This document shows positions 38,166 to 48,336 of a stretch of 64,000 nucleotides of DNA, piece by piece. This stretch comes from an uncultured virus (IMG/VR IMGVR_UViG_3300044796_000330) (taxonomy: Duplodnaviria; Heunggongvirae; Uroviricota; Caudoviricetes). The first letter of the stretch is position 1, and each line of letters opens with the position of its first letter. Location of the stretch: the IMG/VR virus record IMGVR_UViG_3300044796_000330; one strand, given 5' to 3'. The notes under the pieces were generated by a model, which did no database searches, was not told the DNA's origin, and was given only the letters and a program-made list of their open reading frames with translations. The position numbers and the translations under genes are program-made.

Positions 38166-38624
38166 ATGTCCAGAGTAGAGAAGACACTGCTCGAATTATT
38201 CGAGAGAGATCTTTGGCAATCGACCGAAAAAATGGTCGAAAAAGGTTGGCCTTTGCATTCTCTCACGGATTATCATGGCGATCTTTCGATTGATGACCGC
38301 TCAGGTTTATTTAAAGCCTCGCGAGGCTATCCCATTATATGTTTGGCTGTTGCTACGAAGCTTTGTAGTGCCCGAATCGAACCACCCAACCCCATCCCAT
38401 CCATCCTAATTCCATCATACCTAGTGAGCCTCCCGATATCGATTAATTACCACATCGCCGCAAATTTCATTGTGGCTATCCAATGGTCGTTTGCGCATCC
38501 GGAAACAACTGACGTCGATGGACTACCGTTTAACCCATCCAAAACAATGAGCAATGATGCAATATGTAAGTTCCGCAGTAGATTTGAATTCGGCAAAAGA
38601 ATCAGAGCATCTCTCGTCAGATAG
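38166..38624 (+). CDS. hypothetical protein (helical family H)
   Basis: LELFERDLWQS..KGW; FEFGKRIR. Confidence 0.55.
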   Translation: MSRVEKTLLELFERDLWQSTEKMVEKGWPLHSLTDYHGDLSIDDRSGLFKASRGYPIICLAVATKLCSARIEPPNPIPSILIPSYLVSLPISINYHIAANFIVAIQWSFAHPETTDVDGLPFNPSKTMSNDAICKFRSRFEFGKRIRASLVR

Positions 38625-39981
38625 TGTCGATCATTGATCCAATCTTCCATACGATTCGTTTCAGATTATTGACGTCATTCACAACATTGGATACTTCGTC
38701 AAGGCTATATTGATTTCGGAAATCGGTGTTGAGTTTGATTAGCCCATCTAGCGTTGTATCAAGGGCACGACGAAATTCTCCACCGAGCACAAGCACATCA
38801 AATACATTACTCGCTACACTCGATCGCCATATCAACTTATTGTTGTCATCGAAATCGGCAAAACGTGATGTGAGAACATTGCGCATATTCATAGCGTTTC
38901 CCCCCATATCAGTTAGTTTAACTCTGGCCTCTTGTGTTAATCTGCTAATATCATTGACGTTTCCGATAAGTTTCTTGATTTGCAGTATCTTGTCTTTTAC
39001 CGCAACCAAGGCATCCATCGATCTATATATCTCGTTCATTCCTTCTTTCAATAACTTACGACTTCGTATAAGCTCGATCTTGGCGTCAAGTTCTTTCTGT
39101 GTCTGTTTGACCTTTGATTCTGGATTTTCTCTTATGCGCTTGATATAATCACCGAATAGGTGCTTGTTCTCGTTTTGTTCAATGATATGTTTGACTTCGT
39201 TGTAGGCGAGGAACGGATCGTCAAGTTCTTTTGCGTCCATAAGACGACGCATTTTGTGAAGATAATCGCTACGACGTTCCCGAACTTCCTTCTGCTGTTG
39301 CGATAGCAACTTTGCTCTTGCATCATAGTCAAGATCTTTGAATGCCGGGTCGTCATATGACTTATTGACGATGTTATTTGTAGTAATACCCATAGCATCG
39401 AGTTCTATTTCCGCCAAGTTTTCCATTACATCGCTGGTATTGTGAGCTAATCCATCGAAGACGTTCATTGTGATAACCATCTGCTTCATAAGAGATACTT
39501 CAGCCGCAAGATAGTCTGTATTTGGATCTGGATTGGTTGTTGATTGTGCTCTCAGGTGTGTGAGAGCAAGCTGCTCTTCGGATAGTTGTAGAAGGATCTT
39601 GGCGATTTTCCTCCAGGGATCACCACCGTAATAGGGACCCCACAATCCTGATGTAGCGAAAAGCTTATCACATATCTTCAGACACCTTATATACCGCTGG
39701 TTCAGTAGGTATTCTCTTGCGCTCTCGGACGCTTGCCCAGCAGAGCTATCCGCATGTTCGAGTTCATCTACGCAAGCTTTCGTTCCAAACCGAATCAAGT
39801 CTTTCGCACCATTTACCGCACTTTTCAAGGCCTTATAGTCAAAACCACCTGTATGATGTCTCTCTCCCTCGGATTGAACGGCAGGAACAACGGATAGCAT
39901 AATGCGTTTTGCCATATCGCTTTCGAGGCTCGCTTGTGCGTATAGAGAGCACATTTTGAGGATGGCGGAATTCTTTGGCAT
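38617..39981 (-). CDS. hypothetical coiled-coil protein on the opposite strand
   Basis: 454-aa ORF; YYGGDPWRKIA and DGLAHNT segments. Confidence 0.75.
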   Translation of the reverse strand: MPKNSAILKMCSLYAQASLESDMAKRIMLSVVPAVQSEGERHHTGGFDYKALKSAVNGAKDLIRFGTKACVDELEHADSSAGQASESAREYLLNQRYIRCLKICDKLFATSGLWGPYYGGDPWRKIAKILLQLSEEQLALTHLRAQSTTNPDPNTDYLAAEVSLMKQMVITMNVFDGLAHNTSDVMENLAEIELDAMGITTNNIVNKSYDDPAFKDLDYDARAKLLSQQQKEVRERRSDYLHKMRRLMDAKELDDPFLAYNEVKHIIEQNENKHLFGDYIKRIRENPESKVKQTQKELDAKIELIRSRKLLKEGMNEIYRSMDALVAVKDKILQIKKLIGNVNDISRLTQEARVKLTDMGGNAMNMRNVLTSRFADFDDNNKLIWRSSVASNVFDVLVLGGEFRRALDTTLDGLIKLNTDFRNQYSLDEVSNVVNDVNNLKRIVWKIGSMIDTI

Positions 39982-40007
39982 CTACATAAGGATACAGGAT
40001 AATTGAT

Positions 40008-40454
40008 ATGGCGCATTTAAGGCAATTTGCAGGGATTCCGGGGTTATATTTTGGCCCAATTCCAGATCTTGGTGTGCTTGAAGCGTTGGAAGAGCAAAAA
40101 TTCGATTGTGTGTGGAACCTCGGTAAGGAGTTATCTCCAATCATTGCAATCGAGAAGGAATATGTCCCTCTTGTATTGCACGGAAACATTCCTGATTACG
40201 GAGTTCCAAAAGATGTTGGTAGTTTCGTTGGTCAGTTAGATAAGGTCGTTGGTCTATTGAGATCTGGTAAGAAGGTGTTCGCACATTGCTTCGGCGGACA
40301 GGGGCGAACCTCCCTCGCGCTTGCGAGCATTAGTGTAATGTTTGGAGCCAGTGCAGAGGACGCATTGAGAGCTGCAAATAGCGCAGCTCACGGACCAGAC
40401 ACAAAAGAGCAAGCCGAGTTCGTTCGCAAGCTTGAAAAAGCAATTCGCTACTGA
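40008..40454 (+). CDS. protein-tyrosine / dual-specificity phosphatase
   Basis: IPDYGVP acid loop; HCFGGQGRT (CX5R). Confidence 0.85.
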   Translation: MAHLRQFAGIPGLYFGPIPDLGVLEALEEQKFDCVWNLGKELSPIIAIEKEYVPLVLHGNIPDYGVPKDVGSFVGQLDKVVGLLRSGKKVFAHCFGGQGRTSLALASISVMFGASAEDALRAANSAAHGPDTKEQAEFVRKLEKAIRY

Positions 40455-40476
40455 AAGAAAGACGCTGCCATAAATC

Positions 40477-40992
40477 GTGTCAAATGAAATCAAGCCAGGC
40501 AAAGTCTGCGTCGAAACTGAAACCGACGATATGATGAATAAGGTCATCAAGAAGTTCGATAAATTGTCTGCGTTCGACAAAATCGGCAAAACATCTTTCT
40601 TCGATTGGCTTGCACCTTCTGGTATATTCCCGAAGGTCGCGCCGGGAAAAGAGCAGATTGAAATCTACACAGGGCTTCTTGCAAGAGAATATGATTTCGT
40701 AAGGCTATCCAACTATCGTCGGTTTGGTAAGCCTAACGAGAAGTACTTCTACGTGTATAGTTCGCTTAGCTATACTCAAACTCTCACACAATTGTATTCT
40801 CGAAAGAAGGGAACAACCTTCTTGATGAAGTTCATTATGAACAAGTCGTATATGAAGACTTTCTCCGACTATGGAATCATAAGTGGTGGAAGTGGATATT
40901 TTGTTCCGTCCATATACATGGATGAATTCAATAGCAATATCATCGGTGGGATTAGCTTTGTCAAAGTCTTTATTCGCCGTGGCCGGAGTTGA
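40477..40992 (+). CDS. hypothetical protein
   Basis: 171-aa ORF. Confidence 0.5.
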   Translation: MSNEIKPGKVCVETETDDMMNKVIKKFDKLSAFDKIGKTSFFDWLAPSGIFPKVAPGKEQIEIYTGLLAREYDFVRLSNYRRFGKPNEKYFYVYSSLSYTQTLTQLYSRKKGTTFLMKFIMNKSYMKTFSDYGIISGGSGYFVPSIYMDEFNSNIIGGISFVKVFIRRGRS

Positions 40993-41149
40993 CCCAGTAG
41001 TGAGGGCGAACTTGAATAAAGTGAGAGGACGAACTTGTCGATCGCGGGATCGAGTATGTGAGGGTGGTTTCATATACAGCAATATTGGAACCAAATGCAT
41101 CGTGTGTGGTGCGAAAATTACGCTGAAAAGCTGGAAAAGAGCGCAGGGC

Positions 41150-41178
41150 TTGACAGGATGAGCGTGAGTGATTAGAAT
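41150..41178 (+). promoter_or_regulatory. sigma70-type promoter
   Basis: TTGACA-17nt-TAGAAT. Confidence 0.8.
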
Positions 41179-41395
41179 GAGCATAGGCGAACCTTCCCAT
41201 GGCTTATATTTACGTCATCATTACTGAGCTAAAAACATCCGGACTCACCGACACACACACAAGTGTGTGCGAGGCATTTGAGATTAAGGATGATGCTGAC
41301 GCTGCTCTTGAAGTATATATGGCCAAGTATGAGAGGGATTATTATTCGGGAAAACCAAAGATCGTGAAACTGAAGCTAAACAAGGAGAAATGCAA

Positions 41396-41593
41396 ATGAG
41401 TAAGAAGCAAAGCATCGGACGACTAATGACCAAGGCTGCACTGAGAGCCGCAATGTCTCGCGCAACCAATACGATTATGGATACGCTATTGGACGTAATC
41501 GCGGATGTCAAAGTCAAGAAGAGCGACGGTGGTATCGATACGGTTAAGACTTCGACAAAGCCGAAGGCAAAGAAGGCTTCCGCAAAGAAGTAA
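41396..41593 (+). CDS. small basic protein
   Basis: AAGGAG RBS; Lys/Ala-rich tail. Confidence 0.5.
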   Translation: MSKKQSIGRLMTKAALRAAMSRATNTIMDTLLDVIADVKVKKSDGGIDTVKTSTKPKAKKASAKK

Positions 41594-41780
41594 TTCGCTT
41601 TGAAACGAATGAAACTCAATAACGCTGTAGCGATCTTCGCTGCGGCGTTTCTGTATTCGTTTTGCTTATCGCGCTTTTGGTTCCATCTTGAATATGCGTG
41701 GTCGATTGTCTCATCAATGACATTCGCGTTTATTGTGTTGTGGTTCTCGACGTGGTCATAAACAAAAGGAGAGAGGAAAA

Positions 41781-41960
41781 ATGAAGAAGGCGATTGTTAG
41801 TGTGCTCGCGTGTGTTGTGGTGGCAATGAGTGTTGGTTGTGTTCAGGAGCCCATTACCCCCAAGGGGTATAAGCTCTGTCGCACGGACTATGATTGTCCT
41901 CGTCCGCTGAGATGTTATTCGTTCTACAATTCTTACGCTGTTTGCCACTCGGCACCATAA
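41781..41960 (+). CDS. small Cys-rich lipoprotein
   Basis: Signal peptide ending SVGC; CRTDYDCPRPLRC...VC. Confidence 0.55.
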   Translation: MKKAIVSVLACVVVAMSVGCVQEPITPKGYKLCRTDYDCPRPLRCYSFYNSYAVCHSAP

Positions 41961-42629
41961 ACAGGTAAAATGCCTGCGCTTACATATATGAAGAAAGCAG
42001 CGATGCCCCCGCTTACATACAACTATGTGTTGGGGCAGCTTCGAATTAAACAGGCGTATATAGATTCATCGTTCAGACACTTGTATAAGCTTCCTTATGT
42101 AAAGAACGCATACAATGAACTTTGTACGAAGTCTTATCGTTTGTTAGATGAAGTTAGATTCTATGCGAAACTATTCGGGAAAGAATACGAATCAATGCGG
42201 AAAGCAGTTAGGCGTCATTCCAGAAAGAGAAAGTGAAGTGGGTATCCATTATGAAGAAAGCAATTACAAAGAAGTCGGTTATAAACAGGCTTAACCGGAA
42301 GTTTCGAGCCCTCGAAAAAGGAAGGAAATGCTCGGTATCACTTCAGCTCACGGCGCAAACAATAAAGGCATCCACGCATATAAGATGGTCATCCGCTGAT
42401 ACGGCAGAATATGATGATCACGATATGCAGTTGTCTATTGACGACCACCAGTACAAGCTCTACAATAAGCTATATGCTATGTTTGATAAAGCTTTTTTAG
42501 CAGCCACAAAGCAATTTGATAAACCCATCAAAGATGTCGTAGCCGAATCAGATTTTTACGCAGATCATTTTGGTGAAAAGCGTTCCACATTTTGGGATCG
42601 TGTTATGGACAACGATTGGGAGTGAATTT

Positions 42630-43287
42630 ATGACGTGGGCAAATTTTATCGCATCACAATTCGAAGAGGATTACTTTCAGGAGTTGGATAAGTTCTTGCG
42701 CAAAGAAGCGAAAGAGCATACCATCTACCCAAAACAAGAGGATATATTTAAGGCATTTGAGGCAACTCCAATCGACAAAGTTAAGGTCGTTATTCTCGGG
42801 CAAGATCCTTATATAGGCAAGAACCAAGCAATGGGACTATCCTTCTCTGTCCCTGATGGCGAAAGAGTCCCACCGAGCTTACGCAACATCTTCGCCGAGA
42901 TAAAAGATGATCTTGATTTGGTTGATTATGAGTTCAAAAACGGCAACCTCACACACTGGACAAAACAAGGTGTGTTTTTGCTCAACAGTTGCTTAACCGT
43001 CCGAGATGGAGAAAGCGGTAGTCATTCCAAAATCGGTTGGCAATTATTCACAGACGCAGCGATTCAAGTGCTCAATAGTCAGGATCGCCCCATAGTATTT
43101 GCCCTCTGGGGCAACTATGCGAAAACAAAAGCAAAGCTTCTCGATAATCCAAAGCATCTGGTTCTGAGAGCGGCGCATCCTTCGCCTTTCTCAGCACACG
43201 ATGGTTTTTTTTGGCTGCAAACACTTCTTTCGCGCAAATGAGTTTCTTGTGCGAAATGGCATCATGCCGATTGATTGGAGAATATAG
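42630..43287 (+). CDS. ung: uracil-DNA glycosylase family 1, with a frameshift in a T8 run near the 3' end
   Basis: GQDPY, GLSFS, PPSLRNI, GVFLLN, LWG, HPSP; canonical GCKHF..ANEFL..PIDW tail lies in another frame after 43205-43212. Confidence 0.9.
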
Positions 43288-43292
43288 GCTAT

Positions 43293-43565
43293 ATGAAGAA
43301 CTTAATATTGGCAGTGGCGATGGCCGCGTGTCTTGCTGGTTGTGAGTTTCATGGCGTCGGTAAAGAATACATCACAAGCAATTACGATACCGAGGTGTAT
43401 AGAGGGAACGTGATTTTCCAGTATCCTACTGGACAGTATATAACCCACGTTGGCGTCTTCTATTTTGTCGCAAAGGATGGCAACAAATACTATTGGGATC
43501 AAAGCGGAGGGCGTTGGATAGGTCAATATGGATACTATGATAGCAATGGATATCACTCGACATGA
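43293..43565 (+). CDS. lipoprotein
   Basis: Lipobox LAGC. Confidence 0.6.
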   Translation: MKNLILAVAMAACLAGCEFHGVGKEYITSNYDTEVYRGNVIFQYPTGQYITHVGVFYFVAKDGNKYYWDQSGGRWIGQYGYYDSNGYHST

Positions 43566-44221
43566 AGAACATCAGCGTATATTTGGTAAGACACGGCTTC
43601 TCTGAAGGCAACGCCCAGGAAGATATTATTGGACAGACGGGAACAACAAATCTGACCGATCTCGGCATTCAGCAAGCTCGCGCTCTTGGCAAGCGTTTTG
43701 CCGAGGAGAAAATTTCATTCGACAAGATATTCTCATCTACTTTTACACGGGCAGTTCAAACGGCCAAAATTGTTCAGGATGAAATTCGTCATAAGGATGA
43801 AATCGAATACTCCGACGCTCTCATTGAATATAGCGCTGGCAAATGGATGGGTGAATCACGATCGAAAATTATGGGAACTCCCGAGAACTTCAGAAAGGTA
43901 GCCCATCTTGGTATGGGTTTCAAGTTCCCAGGCGGAGAAAGTTTGCAACAGGTCGAGCGCCGAGCGGCAACATATATCGAGGATAACATCATCTTCAACA
44001 AGAAGGTTCTCAAAAGAGCCGAGGACAACAAACAGAACTTCCTAATTGTTAATCACGGCCAAACCTGCAAGGCAATTCTTCATTGGATTATGGGTTTCGA
44101 CCAGTCTTTCCTTTGGCGTATTGCAATCGGAAACTGCTCTATTACCCATCTTAAATTCAATGACGATGGGTGGTTTCTTCGCTCACTCAACGACACCTCT
44201 CACCTAAAAGACATCAAGTGA
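43562..44221 (+). CDS. histidine phosphatase (phosphoglycerate mutase family)
   Basis: LVRHG, SSTFTRAVQTA, PGGES, VNHG, NCSI, LNDTSHL. Confidence 0.9.
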   Translation: MKNISVYLVRHGFSEGNAQEDIIGQTGTTNLTDLGIQQARALGKRFAEEKISFDKIFSSTFTRAVQTAKIVQDEIRHKDEIEYSDALIEYSAGKWMGESRSKIMGTPENFRKVAHLGMGFKFPGGESLQQVERRAATYIEDNIIFNKKVLKRAEDNKQNFLIVNHGQTCKAILHWIMGFDQSFLWRIAIGNCSITHLKFNDDGWFLRSLNDTSHLKDIK

Positions 44222-44392
44222 TTAGACCAACACGCATAACCGTAAAGACCGGCGGAACCCTAACATCCTCAGAACAAGTGGTATATATCACCTTGCAACT
44301 TGATGGGATTGCTCTCAGCAAGATGACACTTGCGAAGAAGATTGAATTCGAGGAAGCAATGAGAGCGGCACTCGCCGAGTGGAAATTTGAAT

Positions 44393-44941
44393 ATGAGCAA
44401 GATTGAAGTTAGAACTCCATCACGGAATGGTTGTCAGTATAGGGCACTGACAAAGCCGTATAGTTTTCACTTTCATAAGCTGTCTCAGTTCTCTTTTCCA
44501 ATTCCTTGTGAAGCTGCCCGAACCTGCCCGTTCTGCAACGATGTTGGCAGCCTGATGTTGTCCTATGTATTCGGTGCTATTGATAGGGCTGACAATAAAT
44601 ACGTCATCTACAAGATAGATAATCACACACAATCACGAATCGTCAAAACAAAGCAGTCTTTGTTCGGGCACGCACGCTACGATACATATGATGTGCTGCT
44701 GTCTCCGCGCCCTAACAGTGCTCAGCTCAACCCACTCATACTTCCCGGCAACCTCACTCTCGATGAGCAGGAGATTAGGGCAAATGTGTCTATTGTCGAA
44801 ATACAAAACGTTGTCAAATCTGCCCCACAATCTTGCTTGAATACTCTACACAAAAGATATCTCGATATTGTTAGTGGCGGAAAGTCGAGCAGCCATAGCG
44901 TATTGTTGAATGAAGTATCACGATTTAAGGCCAGATTTTAG
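44393..44941 (+). CDS. hypothetical Zn-binding protein, weakly SSB-like
   Basis: H..C..CPFC followed by AIDR strands; impression only. Confidence 0.35.
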   Translation: MSKIEVRTPSRNGCQYRALTKPYSFHFHKLSQFSFPIPCEAARTCPFCNDVGSLMLSYVFGAIDRADNKYVIYKIDNHTQSRIVKTKQSLFGHARYDTYDVLLSPRPNSAQLNPLILPGNLTLDEQEIRANVSIVEIQNVVKSAPQSCLNTLHKRYLDIVSGGKSSSHSVLLNEVSRFKARF

Positions 44942-44950
44942 GAATCCGCA

Positions 44951-45271
44951 TTGTCATACATTTCCCCAACAAACAGAAATCAATACTGGAACAATATCAA
45001 CGAATATTGGGACAGTATCTTGCACATTTTGCGCCTTTACTTGCCAACGTTTCAGAAACGATGGATTAATGGCGATGTTCTTGACAAAACAATGGATGAG
45101 CATTTGGTCGAGTTGCGAGATGCTCGGAGCCCAAAGCTTGTGAGAGCTATTAGTGCGGCTCTTTGGAATGCCCCCGATGAGCACCGTGGAGAGTGGTTCC
45201 ATAAGGATTGGAATGTGCTTTACGATTTATGTTTGAGTGAGTGGTGTTTAACAGAGGAGCGAGAGCAATGA
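44951..45271 (+). CDS. hypothetical protein
   Basis: LWNAPD..W..LYDLC. Confidence 0.5.
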   Translation: MSYISPTNRNQYWNNINEYWDSILHILRLYLPTFQKRWINGDVLDKTMDEHLVELRDARSPKLVRAISAALWNAPDEHRGEWFHKDWNVLYDLCLSEWCLTEEREQ

Positions 45272-45507
45272 ATAGGTTAATGACGGGTATAGTGGCTTCG
45301 ATTGTGATGTTGAGTGGATGTTCGCATTCCACGACATTAACCCCGGTGGAATTGCCAGATAATATTCACGGACTATATGTCCCCTGCGACGCAATCTTGA
45401 AATGCGAGAGTGCGCTCAATGGTATATGTAAAGATGGTTATTGGGTTGCCCAACAACTTCCAACTTCAGGGGTTCTCTCGGGAGAAGTTATTGTGTGCAA
45501 GAATTGA
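45268..45507 (+). CDS. small lipoprotein
   Basis: Lipobox LSGC; C..C..ICKDGY. Confidence 0.55.
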   Translation: MNRLMTGIVASIVMLSGCSHSTTLTPVELPDNIHGLYVPCDAILKCESALNGICKDGYWVAQQLPTSGVLSGEVIVCKN

Positions 45508-45951
45508 GTATGAGTTGGTTTTACGATAAGGGTAGATGTATGTGTGGGCATATGGAAAGCCAGCACATTTGGAGTAAAGATTACCCTGGACGAAGCCATT
45601 GCGATGGTGAAGGACAGGATTACGGATTTAGTGGCGGTCCTTGTTATTGCGCAGCATTCGAGCAAAGAACGAAAGAAGCTGAGGAGCGACGAGATAAACT
45701 CAGTAATGAAATCCGCAAAATAGAACGGCGTTTGCAAGAAGAAAAATACGCTCGTCTTTCTATGTGGGAAAAGATCAAAATAGCATTCAGAGGATATTGA
45801 GTATGACAACTAAATACAACGAGGACGCCTTAAAGCATCTTGCGGAAATATGGGCGAAGTTTTTTCGAACTAAAAAAGGAAAAGCGTTGATTAAACAGGC
45901 TGATGAGGCCGAAGAGTTTTTGAGAAAACTTGGGGAGACTTTGGCGGACGA

Positions 45952-46344
45952 ATGAGCTGGTTTGATGAACATAAACAATGTCTGGCGGATCTTGTTCCAT
46001 CCGTTTCAGCAGATGATAAGAAGAAATACGCATACCTGAATTGCCCGTTTTGCAACAATATGATGCGATGCCGTAAATACACGAGTATCGGTGGAGAAAT
46101 ATCGAGTGAAGTCTCTATGTGTTGTTTTAGTTGCGATATTGATTTTGAATTCTCACAGCAAGAAGATGGATGGTTTTTGGAGTCCATATGGTATTACTAC
46201 AGTGGGGATCAATATGTTTTGATGCAGTTTGATACTTCGCATAAGTCGTGCGCACTAACATTTTACCCTGGGTGTGTATCGATGGATATGATGACTCCTG
46301 AGGGATGTAGGGCATATACGCAGAAATTGAGGATGTTGCAGTGA
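45952..46344 (+). CDS. hypothetical Zn-ribbon protein
   Basis: CPFC...CFSC. Confidence 0.5.
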   Translation: MSWFDEHKQCLADLVPSVSADDKKKYAYLNCPFCNNMMRCRKYTSIGGEISSEVSMCCFSCDIDFEFSQQEDGWFLESIWYYYSGDQYVLMQFDTSHKSCALTFYPGCVSMDMMTPEGCRAYTQKLRMLQ

Positions 46345-46397
46345 GTTGGATCCGAAAGTTAATCGGATCACTGCGATCGATAAGAAGGACAGCTCTC

Positions 46398-46426
46398 TTG
46401 ACAGAAATCTCACTCGTGATTACACT
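46398..46426 (+). promoter_or_regulatory. sigma70-type promoter
   Basis: TTGACA-17nt-TACACT. Confidence 0.85.
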
Positions 46427-46432
46427 GGTGGT

Positions 46433-46462
46433 AAGAGCAGCTCGTGGCTCTATAATACGAGT
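46433..46462 (+). repeat. dispersed element copy 2 (variant pseudoknot)
   Basis: AAGAGCAGCTCGTGGCTCTATAATACGAGT; differences preserve pairing. Confidence 0.8.
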
Positions 46463-46485
46463 ACAAAGAAAATACAGCCCTGAAG

Positions 46486-46620
46486 TCCAGTGTGGTGCAG
46501 CCTGTAGAGGAAAATCTCGTGAATATCTTAACCGATACTAGAAGAGACCCGATGAGACAGGAACTGAAGCTCGCGAGAACTTCAATCAGGATGCAATCAG
46601 CATCTGATGAGAACTGGAGG
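46486..46620 (+). promoter_or_regulatory. structured 5' leader overlapping the RBS of 46626
   Basis: TCCAGT/ACTGGA closing stem enclosing three stems; GGAGG at 46616-46620. Confidence 0.45.
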
Positions 46621-46625
46621 TAGCT

Positions 46626-46820
46626 ATGGCATACGGACACGGAGAATGGGAATTTGAGTTGTTCGATCGCACAAGACGATTATTGCGAGATGCGGTAATG
46701 ATTAATAAAGCAGATGATGCCGCAGTAAAAGAAGCCCGTGAAATATGTGATAGCCTTACATATCTGTGCGATAGTGCTTGGTATGTTAGCCCGTTGGGGG
46801 AATTCAAATTCGATGAATAA
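46626..46820 (+). CDS. hypothetical protein
   Basis: GGAGG RBS. Confidence 0.6.
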   Translation: MAYGHGEWEFELFDRTRRLLRDAVMINKADDAAVKEAREICDSLTYLCDSAWYVSPLGEFKFDE

Positions 46821-46854
46821 ACCAAAGATGATTCTGTGATAAACAGGTGAAGAA

Positions 46855-47559
46855 ATGAAAAAGTCGAAAACAAGTAGCACTATCACGAATGTTCTTGCAG
46901 CCGTAGATGCGAACTACTCTTACAGTGCTATCGAATATGATTACGATAGGGAGCGTCATTGCGATGCAAGTGGCTGCGATAGCATTTGTCGTTGTGCCAC
47001 AATCGTAGATTTTAGGATCAAAAGCGTCGATATAGACACGGTTGCAGCGAGATTTATTGAAGGTATCGATAACCAAATTCTCGCTTATTGCATTGCAAGA
47101 TTGCCCGGAATTCACAAGTTGTATCGCACGGAGGCTTGGAGGGAACACACGAGAAGAGGATATTATGGCGATGAGCTGTATAACATTAAGATTGAAAGTC
47201 CTGGCGAGATCAAGAAAGACATCACAGCTCTTTATGATTTGTTCGATAAAGAACGCATAGAGTATATCCTGACGAAGGAATATGGCTACATTGCCGAGAC
47301 GATTAAGAGCGTCAAAAACTATGTGGTGCGTGAGGTTTCGGTTGATTCGCTTGTTTCTCCGGCGCAGGATTACTCGCAGAAACTCGACGGAGAACATATA
47401 GCCCGCGTCGAGAAAACAATCGGCGCAAGTAAAGTTCCGATTGGTATTTATCGTCCGGCTGGTGTTAATAGGTGGTCAGTTGTCGATGGCAGGCACAGAT
47501 GTGTTGCCGTAAAGAATGCAAAACTCAAGACAGTCAATATCATAGTAGGAGAGGAATAA
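46855..47559 (+). CDS. ParB/Srx-like domain protein
   Basis: C-terminal PI..WSVVDGRHR..A..V. Confidence 0.6.
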   Translation: MKKSKTSSTITNVLAAVDANYSYSAIEYDYDRERHCDASGCDSICRCATIVDFRIKSVDIDTVAARFIEGIDNQILAYCIARLPGIHKLYRTEAWREHTRRGYYGDELYNIKIESPGEIKKDITALYDLFDKERIEYILTKEYGYIAETIKSVKNYVVREVSVDSLVSPAQDYSQKLDGEHIARVEKTIGASKVPIGIYRPAGVNRWSVVDGRHRCVAVKNAKLKTVNIIVGEE

Positions 47560-47560
47560 A

Positions 47561-48001
47561 ATGTCGAACAATAATGATGAGCCGAGCGTGGCGACTATGT
47601 TTTTTGGTGGTTTTTTCGCGTTTGTAGTTCTATGCGGGTTAATCTTCGGCGGGTGCTATGCAATTCCGAAGTATGGAATCTATCAACAGCGATTGGAGGG
47701 TGAAGCAGAACTTCAAAAAGCCGAGTATTCCAAGCGTGTTGCCGTGCAGGATGCTCAGGCAAAATATGATAGCGCAACTCTTCTCGCAGGAGCCGAGATT
47801 AAGCGAGCGGAAGGCGTGGCGCAGGCGAACAAGATCATCGGAGATTCGCTCAAAGGTAATGAGGCGTATTTGAGATACTTGTGGATTCATAGTTTAGAGG
47901 ATACCAAAAACCAGATTATCTATGTCCCCACGGAAGCCAATCTACCGATTTTGGAAGCTTCAAGAAACACGGCTCCTGCTGCGGTAGCGGAAACGAAGTA
48001 G
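47561..48001 (+). CDS. membrane-anchored SPFH/band-7-like protein fragment
   Basis: TM helix then AEIKRAEGVAQANKIIGDSL..YLRYLWI..IYVPTEANLPILEA. Confidence 0.65.
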   Translation: MSNNNDEPSVATMFFGGFFAFVVLCGLIFGGCYAIPKYGIYQQRLEGEAELQKAEYSKRVAVQDAQAKYDSATLLAGAEIKRAEGVAQANKIIGDSLKGNEAYLRYLWIHSLEDTKNQIIYVPTEANLPILEASRNTAPAAVAETK

Positions 48002-48003
48002 AA

Positions 48004-48336
48004 ATGTCTATCACCGATTTTGTCAAGAGGTTATTCAACCCCAACAAACCAAAACAAAAAGTAGAGGACAGGTTCAAGAACGCCCCAAGTGATGATGTTG
48101 GTAAATACATCGAACTGACAGGTGTTGTTGTTGCGGTAGGTGAATCTTACTTTGAGCCTGATCCTCGTTTTGAACCAGAACAAATTGGCGTAAATGTCAA
48201 GATGGACAATGGTGTTGTGTATCACGCCTTTACAACATCGCCTCCGAAAGTCGGGTATAAGGCAACGGTCAGACACTATCAGTGGGGTGGCGGCTGGTAT
48301 CCTGATGATAAGGTTGTTGCGTGGAGCGAAGAATGA
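48004..48336 (+). CDS. hypothetical protein
   Basis: ORF in cluster. Confidence 0.5.
   Translation: MSITDFVKRLFNPNKPKQKVEDRFKNAPSDDVGKYIELTGVVVAVGESYFEPDPRFEPEQIGVNVKMDNGVVYHAFTTSPPKVGYKATVRHYQWGGGWYPDDKVVAWSEE

Noticed and set aside
41630..41655. Intrinsic terminator hairpin
   Set aside because: Lies inside a plausible 50-aa membrane ORF (41609-41761) and has a short U tract; ambiguous
46550..46615. Hammerhead ribozyme (CTGATGA at 46604)
   Set aside because: No stem II followed by GAAA in the required position
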